DNA of 64,000 nucleotides, from NCBI GenBank assembly GCA_025594325.1, contig JANHCV010000003.1:620001-684000 (forward strand), in the 5' to 3' direction. Positions 56,792 to 64,000 of the stretch are shown here, piece after piece (position 1 is the stretch's first letter; each line of letters begins with the position of its first letter). Under the pieces are notes generated by a model, which was not told the DNA's origin, did no database searches, and was given only the letters and a program-made list of their open reading frames with translations. The translations under genes were made by a program, and so were the position numbers. The DNA is from Blastocladiella emersonii ATCC 22665. Taxonomy: Eukaryota; Fungi; Blastocladiomycota.

Positions 56792-59700
56792 ATGCATCGC
56801 GCGGGATCCAACCCGGCCATGGCGCCGGACGCCGCGCCGCCACCACCACCACAACACCAACACCCACAACACCCGCAGCCACAACAGCAGCACCACTCGC
56901 ACTCGCAGTACACGCTGCCGCACGCCCCGTTCCGCCAGCCGCACGACCACGATGCGGCGCGCCGCGCGTCCATGCCGCTGCACGCGCACGGGGCGTCGCC
57001 GTCGCACTCGTCGACCAACGGCCCGCCCACGTACGGCTACGTCCCCGGGTCGCGGTCCGGGTCCATGTCCGCCATGCACTCGCGCCCGCTGCACATCCCG
57101 TCGCTCGGGCCCGACGCGCCCGCGACCCACGCCGCCGCGGCGTTCGCGGCCGCCGTCAACCCTCTGTGCGCCGTGTGCGGCCGCGAGGTCTACGCCATGG
57201 AGATGTTTCTCTTTGACGGGAGCAACTTTCACAAGAGCGTACGTTTCCCTCCTTCGACTGCTCGACGATGTCGCTGACTGTCCTTGTCAACAGTGCTTCA
57301 AGTGCTCGCAGTGCAACAAGGCCCTGTCCATCGGCAACGCCATCTCCTTCAACGGCGCCATCTTCTGCACCAAGCACAACCCGGGCACCTCCAAGCGCTC
57401 GCTCTTCGCCAAATCCATCCGCCGCCCCATCTCCATGCTCACGGGCGGCGGCGGCGGCGGCGGGAGCAGCAGCGCCAACAACGGGAGCGCCACGGGCACC
57501 TCCGACCCGCGCATCGGCGGCAGCATGTCGGGCCTCGACGCCGCCGCGCACGGCGCGTCCAGCGCGTCGGGCACCGGCAGCCGCCGGTCCGCGTCCAACG
57601 ACAACATGGCGCTCAGCGGCCGCCATGGTGGTAGCGGCGGGCACCACGCGCTCAGCCACGAGGACATGATCCGGCGCCTCGAGATGCTGGACGCCATGAA
57701 CGCCGCGGCCGGCGGGTACGGCGGCTCCGAGCCGGTCCTCTCGCCCGTCGACGTGGTCTCACACCAGCACCACCAGCTGCAGCACGCAATGGGCGGCGGC
57801 GGGTCCGACGACTCGCTCCCGACCGGTACCTCGACTCTGCCCACCCCGCTCCCCGTCACCCCCGGCGCGCACCAGCAGTCGTTCCAGGCGTTCCGCGACT
57901 CGCCCGACGCGACGGGAGCGCGGGCGCCGCCGCCGCCGTCGCACTGGCACCCGTCGCACCCCGCGGCCCACCAGCCCGCGCCGCAGCCGCCGACGACGCC
58001 GTCGTCGGGCCCGCCGTCCCGCTCGTCGACCGGCGCGCTCGCTGCCATGTTCAACATCATGTCTGGCGGCAAGTCTACGCCGACCGATCCACCGCCCTCG
58101 GCTGCCGCCGACCACGCACCGTCTCACGACGCGACGGCGACGACCAGCCGCCCGCCGAAATCGCCGTCCTTCTTCTCGCTCTCGAAGCGCGGGTCGAGCG
58201 GGTCCTTTTCGTCGTCGACCGCCGCCGTCGTCGCTGGCGGCGCGTCGCCTGCGACCTCGGCGTCGACCTTCAGCAGCAACCCGTACCATCCCTCCTCCTC
58301 TTCCTCCCACTACGACGCCTCGGGGCTCCCGCCGCCGCCGCCCCTCCCCTCCTCCTCTTCGAACGTGCCGCCCGGCGCCGATGTCGCTGGCAGCAGTACG
58401 CAAAACAGCAACAGCAACCATTACCCGCCGCGCCACCACCGGCTCTCCCAGTCGCACCTCCACCAACCCATCCACCTCGCACACCATTCCTCTTCGCCGA
58501 CGGGGAGTCCCGGTGGTGCCGCTGCTGGCGCCGACGCCTCTGCCGCGCCCGCGATCTCGGGCGGCAGCGGCTGCGGCGCGTCTACCCCGCCCTCGGCCGG
58601 CGTCGCGTCCTCGGCCTCCTCGATCGCGTCGTCGTCCGCGTCCACGACGGCCTCGCGCTCGCGCCGCCCATCCGGGAGCTCGCTCATCAGCTCCTTTTTC
58701 CGGTTCGGCAGCAGCAGCAAAGAGACTGCGGCCCCGCAGCCGCCGATGCCCGAGGTGCCCGTGATCCCCGCCGCGTCGCGCGAGGAGATCATGGCCGCGC
58801 AGCACCACTACCAGCAGCAGCTGATGCACCACCAGGCGCCGCCGCCACCCCCGCCACTGGGGCCGCCGGGATCGTACGCCGGCGGCGGCAGGAGCGGGTG
58901 CGACCGGTCCGACTCGCACTCGCACTCGGCCGCCGATACGTCGCGCGGGTCGGACGTCGATGACACCTCCTCCTCCGCGGCCGCTGACCTGTGCGGCGTC
59001 GTCGACGAGGAGGTCGATCTCTCCGGCAGTGCGCGCGGCCCACACAGCCTGCGCCGGTCGTCCGCGGACTCGGACGCCAGCAGCAACGCGAGCAGCAGCC
59101 GGCGGTCGTGCGGCAGCCACGGGAGCGGCGACTATATCGTGCGCCCGCCGCGCCGCGAATCGTCGTCGTCCTCGTCGGCCTCGGCCCACCTCCGCCTCAT
59201 TAAGCGGCCGTCCGGCGACTTCACGGTCCTCCCGCCGCGCTCGTCGTCGGCGGGGCACTCGGCCGAGCGCGCGCCGTCGCGCGCCGCCAACGGATCGGGA
59301 ACGGGAAGTGCGGGAAGTAGTGGCGCCGCGTCGCGCTCGCGGTCGCGCCACGGCAGCGCAGAGAGTGTCAGCGACAAGCCCGCCGGCCCGCGGCCCGTGT
59401 CCACGTCGTCGGCCCCGGCGCCGCCGCCCGCGTCGCAGCTTGCCCGCGGCAGCGTCACCGGGATCACCGTCGACGCGTCCACATCGCTGTTCGGCCGCCC
59501 GCGCCTCGGGTACACGCTGCAGCAGCAGCAGACGGTGATCCCGGTGCTCCCGCTCGGTACCGGCACGGGTGGTGGGTCGATTCCGGCCCCGCTGCACCAG
59601 CACCGCGCTAGGTCGCAGGACTTTTCGGCCGCCGGGTACCCCGGCCAGCTCCCGGTGCCGCTGCCACCGGGCGCCAAGGACGCGAACCTGTACGACTTTT

Positions 59701-62401
59701 CGCAGACGGACGCGTTCAACTTCCTGACGTCGTCGGGCTCGCCGCACGTCTCGGGCGACGCGATCGCCATCCCCGGCGCCGCCGCTTCGCAGCGGTACCC
59801 CGGTGGCGGCGGGCCCGTCGTCACCACGGCCGCCGACGGTACCGCCATGGTCCTCCCCGGCGGCGGCCTGCACTCGGATTTCGCGCGGGCGTCGGGGATC
59901 GCGGGCGGCGGCGCTGCGGACCGCGCCAGTTTCGCGTCGAGCGGAAGCAAGAAGCAGCGCGCTATGAGCATGGGCGATGTCTCGGACCTCGCGTCGTGCG
60001 TGTCGAGCGCGCCCGGCGACGACCGCGACGTGTACTCGTTCGCCACCGCCGCGTTCCCGCCGCTCGTCCGGCCCGCCGCCGGGTACACGCTCGAGGTGAT
60101 GCCGAGCGCGGCGTTTGCTGTGGGCGGTGTGACGCCGGGTAACAGCCGCGGGGCGTCGCCTGCCGGCGGACTCGCCGTTGCGGGCGCTGCCGCGGGCGCG
60201 GGCGCGACGGGTGTGACCGCCTCCCCCGCCAACAGCGTGCGCGGGCTCGGCGCGATCCGGCACCGCGGCGAGAACCCGTACCTGGTCGAGCCGGGCGACG
60301 TGCGGCGGCTGCTCGAGCCCAAGGCGCGCAGCGACTACCACGACTACGTCATGGAGCAGATCGAGATCGAGGGGTTCTACTACCGCACCTTCTTCCTCGG
60401 CCGCGACCACACCAACTACGTCGCGGTTCTCGACACCGGCGTCGTGGTTGGCGCGGGCGCGGCGGCGGGGTCCGGCAAATCGTCTTCGTCGTCCGCATCC
60501 GCCGCCGCTGCGGCCGCCGCCGAGGGCAAGACGATCGAGGGCCCCGTGATCGTCAGCGTGCGTAGAGACGCGGACTCGCGGCAGTACCGCGTGCTGGTGC
60601 GCACGCGCGACCGCGACTGGCGGCTCGAGGCGCAGGACGCGGAGCTCAAGGGCCGCGGCCGCGGCAAGATCAGCCGGCGCCAGGCCGTCGCGTACGTGCT
60701 GCCCGGGTTCCCCGCTAACAAGCTCGTCAAGCTCCGCACCACGCGCGTCGAGCGCGACCTCGTCAAGCTCGACGAGATCCGGCTCACGGCGCAGCTCAAG
60801 ATCGGCATGCTGTTCATGCACCGCGGGCAGACCCACGAGGAGCAGGTGTTTGGAAATCGGACACACACGCACGCGTTTGACGCGTTTCTCGACGTTGTCG
60901 GGGATCGCGTCGAGCTGGCTGGGTTCGAGGGGTTCGATGGCGGGCTCGATACGCGGCGTACGTTTTCTCGCCTCCACTCTGCGGTCTGACGGTGATGGTG
61001 CTCATCCCAACGCGCGGTGTAGACGGCAACATGGGCACACACTCGGTGTACGCGCACACGCGCGAGTTCGACATCATGTTCCACGTGTCGACGCTGCTGC
61101 CGTACTCGGACCGCGACCCGCAGCAGATCCAGCGCAAGTCGCACATCGGCAACGACATTGTCTGCGTCGTATACGTCGACGAGTCGCCCGACCCGGCTGC
61201 TGCTGCTGCTGCGCCCGACACCGAGCCGCCGCTGTCGCCCACCTCGGCTATGATGTTCGACCCGACCATGATCCGGTCCCAGTACCTGACCGTCTACATT
61301 GTCGTCAGCCCGTTCACCATGAACGGCACGCGCGGGTTCCGCGTCGCGGTCGCCGCCCAGGCCGACGTGCCGCCGTTCGGTCCCTCGCTCCCGCCGTTCG
61401 GGTTCTTTACCAACGCGGCCCAGCTGCGCGACTTTCTCCTCGCCAAGAGTACGTTTGCTATGCTCGCTCATGCGATTTGTGCGCGCTGACTCTCGATCCC
61501 GTCCGTAGTCATCAACGCCGAGAACGCGGCGTTCAAGTCGGCCAAGTTCAAGAAGCTGCACAACCGCACGCGGTGCATGCTGCTCGAGGACATGGTGCAG
61601 TTCTACTCCAAGAACAACGGTAACGGGTACCCGGAGCCCGCCGCGACTTCCTCCTCCTCCTCCGCCTCCACTGGCGGCGGCGGCGGTGCGACCAGCAGCA
61701 GCAGCGCGTCGGCCCACTCGCGCTCCAACGCCGCCACCCCCTCCGGCGTCGGACCCGGCGGCGCCGGCGGCGACGCGTCCCCAGCCCCCGCACCCTCAAC
61801 GCCCGGCAGCACGCACGCGTCTGCCCCCGCCGCGGGCGGAAGCGACGACGAGCCGAGCCTCTCGGGCTCCGCGTCCCTCGTGCCGCCCGGCACCGACCCC
61901 GCCGCGGGCAAGGCCAAGTCGCGGTCCGACTTTGAGCTGTTCAACATGGGCCGGCGCGCGTCCAAGCGCCAGCCCAGCCTCAAGCCCGGCGATCCGGTCC
62001 CCGGAGTCACGGCGCCCGCTATGCCGTGCGGCGGCCTCACCGCGCAGCAGCAGCAGCAGCCCGACGGCACCGCCCACCCGTCCGGCGGCGGCGGCGGGAG
62101 CATGGGCCGGCTGTCGATGCTCGTCCACGGCGGGTCGCCCAACTCCGGATCCGCTGCGCTCGCGGGGTCGGGCTCCGTCGCGCCAGCGCCAGGACCACAG
62201 CCGCCGCAGTCACAGGCCGCGGCCGCCAGCGCAAACAGCGGCGCCGCCGGCGGGGGCAAGGCCAAGGGCCGCGGGTTCTTCGCGGCGATCCGCAAGCGCC
62301 ACGCGACCGGCGGCGCTGCGGTACCCGGCGAGATGGACGATGCGGGCGGCGAGTACGTGGACGCGGCGGACGAGGCGGCAAGGAGGCGGGCTGGAGAGTG
62401 A
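56792..62401 (+). CDS. Rap1GAP-family GTPase-activating protein with N-terminal LIM domain; join(56792..57238,57294..60957,61023..61448,61509..62401)
   Basis: Spliced LIM domain CAVC...FHKSCFKCSQC...FCTKH. RapGAP motifs YYRTFFLGRDHTNY, LKIGMLF...Q..EEQVFGN, FEGFDGGLDT, IMFHVSTLLPY...QIQRKSHIGNDIV and KIINAENA. Confidence 0.9.
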
Positions 62402-62655
62402 TCCCGCGGGCCTGCCGCCGAAGAGCAACCTTTCTCCCCTCTCTCTCAAGTATGAACCGAACAACCAATCTGAATAGCACCTCTTTCTCTACTTCTCCTA
62501 AGCTTTGCTGCGACGCGTTGCTCACATCGGGACGGCGGTGGGTGGCGCAAAGGTGGCGCAGCCGCCTCGCCTGGTCGACGAGCTCTTCCGGGATTGCGCT
62601 GCTCTCTTCCGGCCTCGCTCCTTGTGCAATGAATCATACTGGAACTTGATGCAAC

Positions 62656-64000
62656 ATGGCTGCATCACGGCCTTCGTCTACCGTACCGCGCGACCCACGG
62701 CTCGGGGACGGTCCTGCGAGTGTTGCCCCGTCGCCACACAGCGATCGCCGGATGGTGGACAGCACGCAGTTCCCGACGCGCACGCTGCTCTTCCGCGTGT
62801 CTCCGTTCGAGAAGACACAGACAATGGTGACCGTGCTGAACCGGAAGTTCGCCGTGCGTCAGGTCACCAAGAGCCGAAAGGGCGTGGTCCTCGCCGCCTT
62901 TGTACGTCGCGACATCCGTCCGCACGCCCGGGTAACCTCTATTCACGTCTACCGGCCGCCACCGCCCGATGTAGTACGACCTGCGCGAATCGGTCCAGGC
63001 GCGCGACGAGATCAACTGCACAACGTACCACGGGATGTCCGTCTCGGCCGACTTCCTCTACGCCAACGACCCCGTTGACCACCGCGTCCCGTGCCCGCAC
63101 AAGGTGTCGCAGGGCTCGCTCTGCGTCACGCTTGAGCCGCGGGGCGCGGGTGCGGGGCGCGGCGAGCCGGTCGACCTGGCACGCTTGCGCACCTTGGTCG
63201 GGGGGTCTGACGAGGTGCTACACTTTGACGTGGATCAGACAGGGTACGTGTCCCAACTGCACTGCTGAGTAGTGATTCCTGACTGACCTGCGCGCCTCGT
63301 GTGTCTTGTAGCGGCGAGACCCGCGTCTTTGTCGAGTTCTCGTCGAGCAAGGACCGCCTGCTCGCGCGCGACCGGCTCGAGCGCCAGCCGTTTGGGGACT
63401 ACGTGCTTCGCGTCGAGTTCGCGTGGGACAAGGTGGACTTGTACGGGTCTCACTCTTCTTCCCTGGCATATCGTGCAGAACACTGACGCACACGCGGCGC
63501 GGCGGACAGAGAAGTGACAGCGCGTCTGCGCGACGGCACGCTACGGCTAGCCGACGACGTGCTCCCGCCGTGGGTCATGAAGCTCGCCGCATCGCGGCTC
63601 TATCAGGAGAAGCCGCAGCTGCAGGAGCTCAAGACGGCGCGGCAGCTGAGCAAGCCGGCTGCACGCGTCCCGGGCTTCCAGGTCCGCATCGACGGCCCGA
63701 ATCTTTGGCTCTCGCACACCTCGTCGCGCCCGGCCTCGCCGCCGCCGCCCACTCGGACACGGCAGCGAGATCGCTCTCGCTCTCGCTCAACGCATCGCAG
63801 TGATAGCTCTCGACGGCGCCGCTCCCGCAGTCCATCGTCCCGTTCTTCAAGGCGACAGTCGCGCCCGCGTTCTCGCAGCCGAAGCCGGCGTCGCTCATCG
63901 AGTCGGACGCGCAAGCGCTCTCGCAGTCGGAGTCGTCGCCGTTCGTCGAGTCGGACGCGTTCGCGCCGGCGTAGTCGCAGTCGCAGTCAGAGTAAACCAA
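62656..64000 (+). CDS. Two-RRM (Mei2 RRM1/2-like) RNA-binding protein with RS-rich C-terminus, 3' partial; exons about 62656..62901, 62975..63243, 63312..63440, 63510..>64000
   Basis: PTRTLLF, KGVVLAAFYDLRESVQA, SQGSLCVTL and RVFVEF...RVEFAWD after splicing three GTACG introns. Last exon reads RDRSRSRS...RSRSRSRRRSS. Start uncertain. Confidence 0.75.

Noticed and set aside
57759-60977. 1072-aa minus-strand ORF
   Set aside because: Antisense shadow of the LIM-RapGAP exon.

Overview
Gene-dense, GC-rich eukaryotic nuclear DNA with short (about 55-90 nt) spliceosomal introns, mostly GTACGY...YAG. It is most consistent with an early-diverging fungus, probably Blastocladiomycota (inference from gene content and GC). 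Conserved genes: STU1/CLASP 5' end, MRP20/uL23m, SKT5/CHS4, a Sec7-PH ArfGEF, a delta-12 desaturase, an ABCC transporter, PIN4, SPB1, OGG1, TIF34/eIF3i, a zf-PARP protein, a GEP3/NOA1 GTPase, KAP123, a KilA-N/APSES protein, a LIM-Rap1GAP and an RRM-RS protein running off the right end. Accessory material falls in four places. (1) About 0.5-7.4 kb: a catalytically dead metacaspase with a C-terminal Cys cluster, a Pif1/Helitron-like helicase remnant and a tandem F-box-like pair, one copy carrying a Trp->TGA stop. (2) 10415-13662: a near-intact two-gene PIF/Harbinger transposon with perfect TIRs and one homopolymer frameshift. (3) About 29-31.5 kb: a degenerate Ser-rich locus. (4) About 44.8-47.2 kb: a low-GC triplicated coiled-coil module. 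No rRNA, tRNA or CRISPR was seen. All calls are by-eye motif recognition and manual splice assembly, with no database searches.
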